Positions 11,690-25,744 of a stretch of DNA of 64,000 bases are shown here, in pieces. Made by a program: the position numbers and the translations under genes. The DNA comes from the human T2T-CHM13v2.0 reference genome, Homo sapiens. Location of the stretch: NCBI RefSeq assembly GCF_009914755.1, contig NC_060929.1; one strand, given 5' to 3'. Under the pieces are notes generated by a model, which did no database searches, was not told where the DNA came from, and saw only the letters and a program-made list of their open reading frames with translations. Each line of letters starts with the position of its first letter. Position 1 is the stretch's first letter.

Positions 11690-13610
11690 CCCTAATAGTC
11701 ATTCCCATAGACATACAAATGACAGAGTGATTAAAAGACTTAAGCACACATGCACTTAATTTTGACCAAGAAATTCCATTTCTAGGAATCTACTCTGACA
11801 ATATACCTCTAATAGTACAAAATTACTTCCGTATATACAAGTTTATTTATTGGAGCACTGATTGTAATTGCAAAATGATGGTAACAGCCTAAATATCCAT
11901 ACATAGGAGAGTGCTCGAATAACTATGCTATAACCACACAACTGAATAATACTATGCCACTCTAAAAATATGAATAAGGAAAATCCCTAGGAATTAATTT
12001 GGAATGATTTTCAAATCATTAAGTAAAACAAAAGCAGAGGCCAAAAGAGTTTATATGATGTGCTACCACCCTTCGTAAAAAGCACAAGGGAATATAATAA
12101 AATACATATTAATCTGCTCATCTGTGCACAAGTAACAGGAGAAGCATAAACCAGAAACCACAAAATACTGTGTAACTATAAAGGTTGGTAAAAAATAAAG
12201 AAGCAGGCACGAGATGTGGGGGTGGGGTTGTGAGGAAGAAGAGAGAGAAGAAAAGATACTTCTTGTAATAGCTCTTTTTATATAGCTTTGACTCTCTGAA
12301 CCATAATAATGCTTTACACACTTCCCAAAATAAAAAAAAAATGTGTAAGAATCTGAAGAGGAATACAAACAGTAACAAATGAACCCAAATAAACAGCATA
12401 ACCCAGATGAATAATATAACTATGCCAAAGGGGATAGGAATTAAAAATGAATTTAAGTCACTTTGGAAACATGATGTTGACTGTATAAGAGGAAAACCAA
12501 AAAGAACTGTAAGCAAACAAATACTGTACTATAGCAAGTAAATTTGTCACAGGAGTATGAGTTAGGAATTCAGTAACTACTCTGTGTAATCTAGGATTGT
12601 AAATAATGACAGCTAGTGTTTTCATTGTTAGTGAAACAAGTTACAAATAAGAAAATAGGAGAGGCACACACATACACAGATACATAGATAGCTACAGAAG
12701 TGAGTAATAAGTATTGTGTATGTGTATTCCTGGTTTAGTATACATACATCTATTTCCTAGCTCTTTCTGCTGGGAGGAACTGAGGGCAACGGCACCCTAG
12801 CAGCACTCAGATCTTGGTTTCTAAATATCATTCTCCAGTGAAAGGAATCAGAGCTTCATAGAGAAATCAGCCATTTCGTAGAGAAATGGCTGATTCCAGG
12901 ACTGGAGCAGGGAAAGTACAAGATGAGTCTGGAACATCTAGTGGTATCAGAAAAAGAAAAGCTTTTAAAACAATGGGGGCATTTCAAAAGGACACAGGAT
13001 CCAATCAGAAGAAGCTGCCAGTGACCAAAGCTGGAACAATCTGAGCATCAAAATAAATAATGATAGTATGGATTATAGTTCATAAAGTAAGTATCCACAA
13101 GTCCATACTGATACAAATAATCAGATAAATATAAACATATTAACATTATATATACTCCCTGATCACTTCTACAATATTCTTGCCAAGATGAATAACTTCA
13201 ATGTACTTAGAAGAAAACATCACACAAATCCAAAGTGAAAAACATTCTACAAATTATTTCACTAGTCCTCATCAAAAGGGTCAAGGTAATGAAATACAAA
13301 AAAAAAAAAAGGAACAAGGAACTGTTACAAATTGGAGGAAACTAGGGTGACATGACAACTAAACACCATGTGGGGTCCTGAGTTAGATACTAGAACAGAC
13401 AAATCAGGGAAAACTAGTTAAATTTAAATAAGACCTGTAGTTCACTTAATTTAATTGTTTCAGTGTTAATTTCCTGGTTTTGATAAGCGTATTGTGGTTG
13501 TAGAGGTTGTTAAAGTTAGAGGTAGCTGGGTGAAGAGCATACGTGAACTCTACTATTTTTGTAACTTTTCTGTAATTCTAAAATGATTTCAAAACAAGGA
13601 GTAAAAAAAG
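11690..13610 (+). mobile_element. Ancient L1 (L1MC-class): ORF2 end plus long 3' UTR
   Basis: tttgaccaagaaattccatttctaggaatcta (ORF2 end), L1MC-type UTR motifs (gatcttggtttctaaatatcattctcc; gacatgacaactaaa), ending tgtaacttttctgtaattctaaaa...aaaaaa. Confidence 0.85.
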
Positions 13611-14099
13611 TATGGATAAGCTAAGAATAGATAACAAAGTGAATGAATTAAGTAGAGGACTACAATTTTCTAAGTGACAACATTTTCACAATGGAACCTC
13701 GGATATATAAATGTGAGAACTAAAAATACATTTCCTCCTCAATAGAAGGAAGATTAGTCATACAAGCGCATTAACAAGCGACCTGCATGTGCCGTTTTGT
13801 CCTTTCCAGTTCTATCTTCTGCTATGGATCTATGTACCTGTAATAAAATCAGAAGAAAAGCCCTAGTGCTTGAAAGAATTAGGGTTAAAATTTAACAGTA
13901 GGATTAACATCTTTCATGTAATACTTCGATAAAAGCCATTTGCAAAGAAATTTCTTGGCACGGTTACAAAGAGATAAATATGAAACGTGCTCTTCTTTGT
14001 AGAAGCCACAGAAGCTCCAAAAACAAAGAAATGACACTTTCAGAATCATTTGTTGCGTTCATGGTCCCTGCGAAGGCTCCCTCCACCCCGCAGGGACTA

Positions 14100-14251
14100 C
14101 AGGGATGGTTCCTAACTCAGGCTGTTCAGGAGAATCACAGGTGCCTATTCAAAGTACAGACGCCTGAGTCCCACCCCTGGAGAATCTGATTCCGGAGAAG
14201 CTATAAAAGTTTCTGTGATCCTGATGTGCAGCTAGGGCTGAGAACCACTGG
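14100..14251. mobile_element. MER5-like hAT-Charlie MITE
   Basis: agaatcac...gcctgagtcccacccctggagaatctgatt...tgatgtgcagctagggctgagaaccactg. Confidence 0.75.
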
Positions 14252-14581
14252 AACAGAATAACCTACAGCTTGGGCAAAGTCAGTCAAGTGAAAACAAAAG
14301 AGCTCCCTTTTAAGGATATAAATAGCTAATGTGTTCTGACACTTTAAAACAGTTTGGTCTCTCAAACGGTAGTTACTTTGTATATAATCCAATACTTTTA
14401 AATCTCTTTACTTCTAATTAATGTCCTTTCCATCCATTTTTATACATTATTATATTCTTCCTATTATCTATAGTAAACTGTACACTGACCACACTCTAAA
14501 ACATTTTTCCAGATAGTTCTTTTTTTGCAATATTTTGTAAACATTTTCCTTTTCTTCATTGTACTTATTTTATATTTCTAA

Positions 14582-14710
14582 TGTAGCACTTACCAGAGTT
14601 TGTTTCATGTTAAAATTATTTATCAACATGTTTGTCTTCCCCATTAGATTGTAAAATCCTTGAAGCAGTGAATATGGAGTGTGTTTTATCTAGGACCTCT
14701 GAATGTCTGA
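14582..14710 (+). mobile_element. L2 3' fragment, interrupted by L1; the tail resumes at about 15516-15578
   Basis: tgtcttccccattagattgtaaaatccttgaagcag; the tail tctagcagagtgcct... follows the L1. Confidence 0.6.
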
Positions 14711-14737
14711 AAATCAAGTGTCACTCATTTTTCATAG

Positions 14738-15495
14738 TTTTAATTAACTTTCTGGAAGCATAACTAACTGTAGAAAGTTGCACATGTCTGAAGGGTACAC
14801 CTTGATGAATTTTAGTAAAGTTCACACAGCTGTGTGACAGTTTCCAGGCTGAGAAACAGAGCAAGCCCAGCACGCCTGCGGTCTTTCATCCCCACTTCAG
14901 TCACTTCTATTCTCCCAACAAGGATAATCATTATCTTGACTTCCAATCACACACATTACCATTCCTGTTTTGAACTTTATATAGAGTCAAACACCAAACA
15001 TTCTTCTGGGTTTTTAGCTGCCCATTATGCATGTGAGATCCATCCACGTTGTTATGTATACTGGTAGTGTTATGTATACTGGTATCATTTCTCAATGCTG
15101 TATAATGTTTCATTCTGCTGATGGACATCTGGGTGGTTTCCGCCTTGGGGCTATTACAGATAATGCTGCTGTGAACTTTCGCATACATGTCTTTGTGTGG
15201 ACATATGTTTTCATTTCATGTGGGTAATTGCCTATGAGTGGACTTTCTGGGTCACATGGTAAGTGTTACGTTTAACTTTATTAAAAAAACTGCTAAAGTG
15301 TTTTCCCAAAGTGGTTGTACCATTTCACATTCCCACCAGTATGTATGTAAGGTTCCAGTTTCCCTTGCATTCTTGGTACTTGGTAATGTGTCTCTCTTGG
15401 ATTACAGCTGTTCTAGTGGGTACGTAGTAGTACCTTCTCGTGGGTTTTAATTTCCATTTCCCTAAGGATTAATGGTATTGTGTATCTTTATCATG
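14738..15495 (-). mobile_element. Ancient L1 (L1ME-like) 3' fragment
   Basis: Reverse complement of an L1 end: gatggacatctgggtggtttcc...aatgctgctgtgaac...ccaaagtggttgtaccatttcacattcccaccag. The ORF at 14931-15188 resembles the ORF2 C-terminus. Confidence 0.85.
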
Positions 15496-16761
15496 GTGCC
15501 ACACTTTAAAAAAATTTCTAGCAGAGTGCCTCTACCCTTGTAATACTTAGTAGATATCTATTACATTAAATTAATGATGGGAAGGCACATAATTTTTCTA
15601 TTATTAGATTACAGCAAATAATAGCTTTCTAAACACCAGATAATTTCCCATGTAATCTGAAGACGTGAAACTTAAGTAAATTCAGGAATAAATAAGGTTA
15701 TAGAAAATGTTGCAAATGCTCAATTGTTTGTGAAAATTTTAAAGATGGTGGAGCACTTTTTATTTAGAAACTCTGAATCCCTGAAAATCAAGTGGAAAAA
15801 CACAAATAATAAAAATGATTGCCCATCAATGGTAGATAACATTAGAGACTAAAAATTTGAATTGTGCTAGCATTTTCAAGCAGCTGTACACAGGGGCATT
15901 CGTTTTATATAACTCTGCTTACTGAATTCAGAAGAGCAACACGTAGGTATTGTCTGACTCACAAAGGGAGCAAGCTAGCTGTGGCCCTTGACCTTTCTGG
16001 GAAGAGGCTCTCCTGCCCTGTAACTCCTGAAATGGTAATGCAAGCCTTATTTATAGGTTGCATCTGCTTTCCTTCCTATGAGATGAACAAGTTGGTGGAA
16101 AAGTCAGTTCAAGTGAAGAATTTTTTAAACAAATGTCTTAAGCAGCAGCAGCAGCGAGGATAAGCATTTATCCCTTGCCCCTTCTTATTTATTTTTATTT
16201 TGAAAACAGACAAAAATTTGATTGAGTATGTAGAAATGATTCCTATCATGTGACTTCCAAAAATGTCAAAAACAAGGGGCATATTTAGAACTAACATATA
16301 TTTAACAGGAACCTGATCCACTGCTCTGGTTTTCAGTGGTGCTGTATTTGGTGGGAACCAACCCTTTGAGTAGAATGTTAGGTTCCCCTGACAATCCCCC
16401 TATTAAATTTTAAAATTAAAGATGAGGAAGAAAAAGAACCTTACAACTGTAACATTCGCTGAGAACCTAAAGTCCCTGGTTCAATGATTCTTTTTTATTC
16501 CAGCCTGCATAAATACATATATTACTTATCAAAGAATTATGTATCCTTTCCAAAATCCTGACATTACATTAGATTTCCTCACTTTATGAGAAGTGAATTC
16601 TGGGTTTAAATATGTTAGTTTGCAGAGATGGGAAAGTACATTAGTGTCTCTGTCATACATCTGCCTTGTCCAACTCCCTAAACTGAGTTTTTCAGACCAC
16701 TGTAAAGACCGAATGTCAGTTTTAAGCTGGTCTCAGATTAAAAAAAAAAAAAACTGTCTGA

Positions 16762-18025
<1,264 letters not shown>

Positions 18026-18263
18026 AAAAAGAAAAAAAAATTTTCTTGGCTCTTAGATTTTGAAGGAATTTCTTACATGGAATTTTACATAGTTGCTCTT
18101 TGTGTCCTTGTGTGTCTAAGTGTCCTTGGATTAGTAGGAATACACTGATTTCTTCTACTGCATATAAACTCCACTGAAGGGGCAAAGACCACTCTTATTA
18201 ATCTTTGCGTCATCATTGACTAGCTGAGTCTTTCTTATTATTCAATATACATTTGTTTAAATA

Positions 18264-18629
18264 GAGATACTCTTCAACTTACGATGGGGTTATGTCCCAA
18301 TAAACCCATCGTAAGTTGAAAATATCGTAACTTGAAAGTGCATTTAATATACCCAACCTACAGAACATCGTAACTTAGCCTAGCCCACCTTAAATGTGCT
18401 CAGACATTTACATCAGCCTACAGTTGGGCAAAATCGTCTAACACAAAGCCCATTTTATAATAAAGTTATTGAATATCTCATATAATTTATTGAATACTAT
18501 ACTGAAAGGAAAAAACAAAATGGCTGTATGAGAACTCTAAGTACCGTCTCTACTGAATGTGTATTGCTTTCACACCATCATAAAATTGAAAAATCATAAC
18601 TCAAACCAATATAAGCTAGGGGCTGTCTA
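18264..18629 (+). mobile_element. MER47A (TcMar-Tigger non-autonomous element), full length
   Basis: Matches the remembered consensus (cttacgatggggttatgtccc...aaacccatcgtaagttgaaaa...cagttgggcaaaatc). About 366 bp, with TA on the left flank and degenerate TIRs. Confidence 0.85.
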
Positions 18630-19639
18630 TGTGTACATATTAGTTATCACAATTATAAGCACTTAGGGGAAAAATCAGAAAGGGGTCTTGTTTAAAGAGT
18701 TCACACTTATTCTTTTATTCTAAAAATATTTATTGGGTAGCTACAAGTATGTCAATCACTGTGATGATTGTGTCACTGAGATGTCTTTGCTTGGGGGAGA
18801 TTACAGGTAATACATATTTTTCCTTACATGTTTGTGTATTTAAAATTTTTCAACATTATGCAAGTTTTATTTTTACAAAGTAAAAAGAAAAACATTTTTA
18901 AAAGGCTTCTACTGAATAGATCACTTAATTTTCCCAGAGTAAAACTAAGAACTTGACATTTCCTACAGTGAGTTTTCTTTCTAATCCAGTGCTCCCCAAG
19001 GCAAACAAAGCTATTTACTGGTGCCAAAATCCAACACCTAAAATCATGTAAAATTATGTGGAAAAAAAAGCATAAAGCTATTTACAAACTAAAACTAAAC
19101 ATGGAAAATGTAGCACAATTGTTTCTCCCTAACTGCAACCAGTACAGTTGTAACTCAGAGGCTGTTGTCTGGAGTGTGGATTAGTGTAGATATTTGCAAT
19201 GATTTTTGCTATGGGCATTTCTGCCTTAAGAAAGGCAAAGGAAACAAAAACATGAAATTCAAAACATTTCCAGTTTTGATAGTTTAGTAGAGAACTAGAT
19301 TAGAATACAGCAAATAATACATTTTCTATATTCTGTTTTCTATATTCTCTATTATCTTCCTATCAATGGCCTCTTCCATTCCCAGTTTGCTGTCTAATAT
19401 ACCTGTCTATCTCTCAAGTCCAGCAATTATTTCAATTCAAAACTCCAGCAATGGGACTTGTGGGTATCATTGTCAGGGTTAGGAACTAATGAAAAAGTAG
19501 GGGACACAATCAAAGGAATGGGAGGTAGAAAAAGAAAGCACAAGAGGAAGTAACAAAGCAGGGAGGGAAAGGAAAGACATTGAGAGAAAACAGTTGAGGT
19601 GCATAGAATAAACAGGATGGATGCTACAGAAGGGAGAGG

Positions 19640-20095
19640 CCTGGTTCTGGATCTGCTCATCTGGGAGCTTAAACCATGCACAAAAGCACACTGCTCACAT
19701 GTGCACACACATATACATACACAAATATACACACACATTTATCCCTAGGCCCTAACCCACAGGTAGATTCAGCATGAAGCTAATGAAGGTTGAGCTTCAG
19801 GGTTTATCACTTACATGGACCTATACATTAGAAGGGCCTAGAAGTGTGTTCACATGGTAATATGTTTTGAAAAGTCTGTAAAAACAAGATACTGTTGTAT
19901 TCTTTTTCTTAATGAGAGCTTACATATTATATAATCCTCAGGCACTACAAAATCTTGAATCTGTCCCTGACCCAAAACCAACAATATTCTGATTCCAGTG
20001 GGTTTGGGGATAAATGCTGTCTTCTTTTATTTTTTTATTTTTTCTTAAATGTCACCAAGTGATTTTGATACATAGCTAGGTTTGGAAATCACTGA
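19640..20095. mobile_element. MER5-like element split by a CA-rich tract and a nested hAT element
   Basis: Right half attctgattccagtgggtttggg...ccaagtgattttgatacatagctaggtttggaaatcactg; left remnant ctgggagcttaa...ccctaggcccta. Confidence 0.55.
19758..19969 (+). mobile_element. Arthur1A/MER69A-like hAT-Tip100 MITE
   Basis: gtagattcagcatgaagctaatgaaggttgagcttcaggg...gtgttcacatggtaatatgtttt...caggcactacaaaatcttgaatctgtccctg. Confidence 0.7.
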
Positions 20096-20797
20096 TGAAG
20101 GACTACAGACTGATCACTTTAATGAGTCTCTGACACCTAGGTGGTATTTCTTTCTGGAGTTTTGCCACCATTGATTGCGACATAAACCATATAACAGTAT
20201 GCAGTTTGGAAAAAGCTGACAATTGGCAACATTCACTTCCACATTGCAGTGATGAATCACATAACCCTCTGTGCCGAGTAATTAACTAACCATTTGTATG
20301 TACTGGCTGTAGCGATATAGTTCTTTCCAACGAGGAAGGAAGGGAATTTGGACATAACATTAACAGTTGTTAATACCAAGCAAATAGAGTAAATTAGATT
20401 TATTAAAAAGAGTATGTGTGTGGATTTTTCCCTAGGAGTTGATATAATTTGCCTAGCTTTCTAATTATAGCTGGGACAGAAAATGGCTGAACCCAAAGAC
20501 CTCTCACGGTATCTAATAAACTTTTACTTACAGGGAGAACATTTCTTGGGTTGAAGAATGACAAATAATTTACTAAGCTTTTCCTGAAAGATAGCTAAAG
20601 GTGTTTCACCTATATCCAGCTGATGAATTAGCTTTAGCTAATAATCAGTGTCATGAGACAGGGAAGAAGCAGCCTGTAATTACTTTGAAAGGAATGAAGG
20701 AACAGATCTGATAAAGAAACTAAATCAGCTAATTCCTCTAGTGGCATACTGAGTGGGAGAGAAGCTTACTCTACTGCAAGTTTTAAAGTGAGGCAAA

Positions 20798-21040
20798 GAT
20801 GGGGGACATTGGTGGTTTTTACCTGCCTGACATCAATTCTCATTTTCTCACAACAAACCCTCAATTTTCCTTTCCATAGGATGCAGTTTGGGGCATATGA
20901 TGCAAGATTCCCTGCCTTCTTCAGGCCGGGGGTAGGCATGTGTTCCAAACCTGACTAACCATTCTCAGTTGCAAATAATCTGAATCCTGCCTGCAATGAC
21001 TTAAGAAGAAAACCAGCTGGAGCTGATCCATCCTGGGGGA
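20798..21040 (+). mobile_element. MLT1-type (MaLR) LTR, 5' fragment
   Basis: Similar to the start of the MLT1 LTR at 40832; gggtaggcatgtgttccaaacctgactaacc motif. Confidence 0.5.
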
Positions 21041-21379
21041 CATTATATATAAATCTCACTCTTATATATAATTATACATGTGTGAGATTTATACATAAAT
21101 CTCATTCATATATATAATTACACATGCTTTTAAAAATGTATTTGTTTTTACATAAATTTAATCAAAATAAAGAGACTGAATTGCAACTATAAGAATCAGA
21201 ATTTCAGCTATTTCTTTACCATAAAATATAATAATTTTTAAAAGAATTTACATCAATTAAGACAAAATTTTATGAAACCTTTAATAATTTGGAGTCATTT
21301 AAAAAATTCTGCACTTTAAATTCAGACAGAATCTCTTAGGAATCAGTTCTAGGAAAGATGAGAAAACTGGCAGGCACTT

Positions 21380-21920
21380 CTCCCTTTTCCCTCTTCCTCC
21401 TTTTATTTTTGTTAGCAATATTATTATTTTTATATTATCAGGTTTTAATGTTTCTGTCTTTTGTAACCACAATTCTCATGGTTGTTTTCCTCTGGTTCTA
21501 CACTTAGCATACTTTTATCCACAATTTTTTTAAGTTCTTGAGATCTTTATTGTGATTAATCTCTGGTGGCTAGATACTACCTTTAAGAATTTTTTTTTAA
21601 AGAAAGATTCATCATATATTCCCTAAGTTCTTGTATGCTTGAGGAAGACTGGTACCCTCATGCCTGGGAAGGAACAACATGGTTAAATAGTAAATTTTGG
21701 GATCATCTTAATTTTACCTTCGAGGCTTTATAGATAGGTGCATCAGTTTGCTGCAAAGAAGCCTAAGTCCAACATGATTTCTTACCCTTCTTATGTATCT
21801 AGCTTTTAATGTCTGAAGCTGTATTCTTCCTTTGTATCTTAGGTCAATACCTTTATCAGGACATGTTTTCATTGTTCTGTAGCAATTTATTTAACTGGAA
21901 CTTCACAAGCTCTTTTAATT
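21380..21920 (-). mobile_element. Very old L1 ORF1-region or HAL1-like fragment
   Basis: T-rich, with aaattttgggatca...gctgcaaagaagcctaagtccaacatgatttc resembling the reverse L1 ORF1 region. Confidence 0.45.
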
Positions 21921-22997
21921 TTTATAGATTCAAAACCCTTTAGACACAAGATCCACAAGCATCACTCCTGTTCTGTTGGTCTCACTTCACTCCCCATCCC
22001 CGCTTTTCTGCAAATGATGCTCTCAAATAAAATGCAAGTTAATAGGTATTGTAAATGATTCTATGTTTGTTCCTTTCAGATTGTTTCTTCTTTGATTGAC
22101 CGGGGTTGGTTATCTGTTGGGAATATGGGGAAGTGATTAATGAGCTAGAGCTGTCTGTGTGTCCAGTGTTGTTACCAAAAACCTATTATTTCCTTTATGC
22201 AGGCACACATTTCCTCCCAGGTTTCTATGTTCAAGAGGTTACATGGTATTAATAACAATGATTTACGTCGTTTTTGTGTTGAATTCTGGCACTTTCTCTC
22301 TGTCATCCTCTTTTGCCCCCTTCACTTCTGGCAATCTCCTCCATTTGGAGGCAAGGTGACAGACAATGTAGATGGCTCATCAACATGGTCTGTCCATTGG
22401 ATCCCTCTTCCCTGACATTTTTGGGGTGTGAAACTGGGACTCTTTAAAGATATTCTCACCTCTTCAGGGACTGGTATACTACTGGACAGTCATGACTGTA
22501 AAAAAGAATTGCTGGATGTGCCTTTCTGGATGGGGATACTCACTTGTATGTTAACCAGAAGTATCCCGCATCATTATTTCGTTTAAGAATTATGAAGTTA
22601 AAGAGAGTCAATAACGTTGAGAAATTATGCAATGAACTATTAAACTTTAGGTTAATTTGACTAATATTTGTTGTATGATTACTTCATGCAAAATAACAAA
22701 GGAGATTAAAAAAAAAGATGAGTAAAAGAAAGTCCTTGTCTTCACTTTCAGTGTGGCAGGAGAATAAATAAAATAGAAGATACTTATATTATTATGACTG
22801 TGCAAATACTGTTCACTGCTGAGCCAACTAGGTGAGTATTGTGAGTATCCACTTAAAATACTGTGTGACACTACTCATCTCCACCTGAGCAGTACATCTC
22901 TCAGTAAATTGCACATCATAGTAAAAAGTGATCTCTTGCAGTTCTTGTCTATTTTTTTATCATGTTTAATGCAATACTGTAAACCAGGAATAACATC

Positions 22998-24620
22998 ATG
23001 GGACATATACAACATGCCACTAGTGTTGCTGAAAATGCTCCCAAGAAGCAGAGAAAAGCCATGACATTACAAGAAAAAGTTGAATTGCTTGATACATACT
23101 ATAGACTGAGGTCTGCAGCTGCAGTTGCCTGCCATACCAGAATAAATGAATCCAACGTAAAGACCATTGAAAATAAGAAAAGAGAATTTGTGAAGCTGTC
23201 ATTGCAGCTAGGCCAGCAGGCATGAAAATTTGGCATTTTTTTGTGAAATACTACACATTTTTATCTCGTATTGAAAATATAGCTTTTATGTGGGTACAGG
23301 ATTACTTTAAGAAAGGCATACCTATAGACTTTAGTATAATTTAAGAAAAAAGTGAAGTCATTACAGTAAATGACAAATTAAAGCAAAAGGAAGATGAAGG
23401 ATCTAAATATGGTGAATTTAATGCCAGCAAAAGATGGTTTGATAATTTTAGAAAGTGGTTTGGCCTAAAAAAATACTAAGATAATAGGAGAAGCAGCTTC
23501 TGTCAACCAAGAGGCGGCAGAGTTCCCAGATGTCATTAAGAAAATCATACCAGAGAAAGGATATCTGTCTGAACAGATTTTTAATGTAGATGAAAGTGCC
23601 CTATTCTGGAAAAAAATGCCACAAAAAATTTTATTAGTAAGGAAAAGAAGCAAGCACTAAGATTTAAGGCAGGAAGAGATAGGCTAACTCTGTTTTGTGC
23701 AAATGTAGTTGAATTCATGATCAAGATTGCCCTTATCTATAAAGCTGCTAACCCATGAACCTTGAAAGGAAAAGATGAATACCAGCTGCCAGTCTTTTGG
23801 TTGTACAGCAAGAAAGCCTGGATAATGACAACCCTTTTTCTGGACTGGATCCTTGGATGCTTTGTCCCTGAAGTCGAGAAGCACCTTGCCAGGAAGAAAC
23901 TGCCTTTTAAAGTTCTTTTGATATTGGACAATGCCCCCGGCCACCCAGAACTCCATGAGTTTAACACCAAAGGCATCAAAATGTCTACTTGCCTCCAAAT
24001 GCAATGTCTCTAATTCAACCTCTAGATCAGGAAATTGCAAGGACCTTTAAGGTTCATTACACATGGTACTTTTTGAAAAGAATTATCAATGCTGTGAAAG
24101 AGAACCCAGATACAACATGTAACAGTCTGGAAGCATGACACCATTGAAGATGCCATTCTTATTATTAAAAAAAAAAAGCTGTGAAAACAATCACTGCTGG
24201 AGAAAACTGTCCAGATGTGCATGACTTCACAGGATTTATGACAGGGCCAATCAAGAAAATCAGGAATGAGATTGTGGATATGATAAAAAAGAAAGAAAGA
24301 AAGAAAGAAAAAGAAAGTGAGGGGTAGAGGATTTCAAGATGAGGATCTGATCTTGGGGAAATTCAAGAACTAATAGACACTACACCAGAGCAATTAACAG
24401 AAATGAAGATAAGTAGTACTTCTGAACCAATGCCAGATGATGAGGATGAAGATGTAGAAGAAGCTGTAAAGGAAACAAATAGACATTAGACAATCTGGCA
24501 GAAGGGTTCCCATTACTCAAGACGGTTTTGGACTTTTTTTTCTTTTTTAATGACTTGGACCCTTCTATGAAGTGGGCACTGAAACTAAAGCAAATGGTGG
24601 AAGAAGAATTGGTACCATAA
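22998..24620 (+). pseudogene. Disrupted Tigger (pogo-family) transposase
   Basis: ORF fragments: PKKQRKAMTLQEKVELLD (CENP-B-like HTH), KKIIPEKGYLSEQIFNVDESALFWKKMP, and KVLLILDNAPGHP (DDE domain). Multiple stops and frameshifts. Confidence 0.88.
24284..24317. repeat. (GAAA)n microsatellite inside Tigger2
   Basis: aaaaagaaagaaagaaagaaagaaaaagaaag. Confidence 0.85.
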
Positions 24621-24881
24621 ACACTTTTAGTGAAAAAGGAAAACAGACAACAATTATGCTGTATTTCTGTAAAGTTACACTGAGTGTAGCTGCCTCTCCT
24701 GCCTCCTCTTACCTGTACTCCACCTCTTCCTCCTCTGCCACCCCTGAGACAGAAAGACCAGCCCCTCCTTGTAAGCCTACTCAATGTGAAGATGATTAGA
24801 ATGATGACCTTTATGATGATTCATTTCCACTTAATGAATAATAAATATATTTTCTCTTCCTTATGATTTTGTTATTAACAT

Positions 24882-25595
24882 TTTTTATTATTATATTTTA
24901 CAGGTTTGTTACATAGGTATACATGTGCCATGGTGGTTTGCTGCACCCATCAACCCGTCATCTACATTAGGTATTTCTCCTAATGCTACCCCTACCCTAG
25001 CCTCCACCTCGCAACAGGCCCCGGTGTGTGATGTTCCCCTCCCTGTTTCCATGTGTTCTCATTGTTCAACTCCCACTTACGAGTGAGAACATGTGGTGTT
25101 TGCTTTTCTGTTCCTGTGATAGTTTGCTGAGAAGATGGTTTCCAACTTCATCCATGTCCCTGCAAAGGACATGAACTCATCCTTTTTTATGGCTGCATAG
25201 TATTCCATGGTGTGTATGTGCCACATTTTCTTTATCCAGTCTATCATTGATGGGCATTTGGGTTCCAAGTCTTTGCTATCGTGAACAGTGCTGCAATAAA
25301 CACACATGTGCATGTGTCTTTATAATAGAATGATTTATATTCCTTTGGGTATATACCCAGTAATGGGACTGCTGGATCAAGTGGTATTTCTGGTTCTAGA
25401 TCTTTGAGGAATTGCCATACTGACTTCCACAATGGTTGAACTAGTTTACACTCACTCCCACCAACAGTGTAAAAGTGTTCCTATTTCTCCACATCCTCTC
25501 CAGCATCTGCTGTTTCCTCACTTTTTAATGATCGCCATTCTAACTGGCATGAGATGGTATCTCATTGTGGTTTTGATTTGCATTTCTCTAATGAC
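24882..25595 (-). mobile_element. L1PA (about L1PA7) 3' fragment nested in Tigger2
   Basis: Reverse L1 3' UTR (ggtttgctgcacccatcaacccgtcatctacattaggtatttctcc) plus ORF2 C-terminus fragments ([16 protein letters not shown]; DWIKKMWHI). Confidence 0.93.
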
Positions 25596-25744
25596 TTTTC
25601 TCTATTTACTTCATTGTAAGAACACAGTGTACAATACATATAACATAAAAATATGTGTTAACTGGCTGTTCATGTTATCGGTAAGCATTCTGATCAACAG
25701 TAGGCCATCAGTAGTTAACTTGGGGGGAATCAAAGAGTTGTAAG

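Noticed and set aside
18273-18320. Strong hairpin ttcaacttacgatggg...cccatcgtaagttgaa as a candidate ncRNA
   Set aside because: It is part of the MER47A consensus structure.
20730-20748. CTCF-like GCCACTAGAGG on the minus strand
   Set aside because: It lacks the conserved downstream GGC/GCR of the core.
22998-24013. Possible domesticated TIGD-like transposase gene
   Set aside because: Many frameshifts and stops; it is an ordinary Tigger2 fossil.
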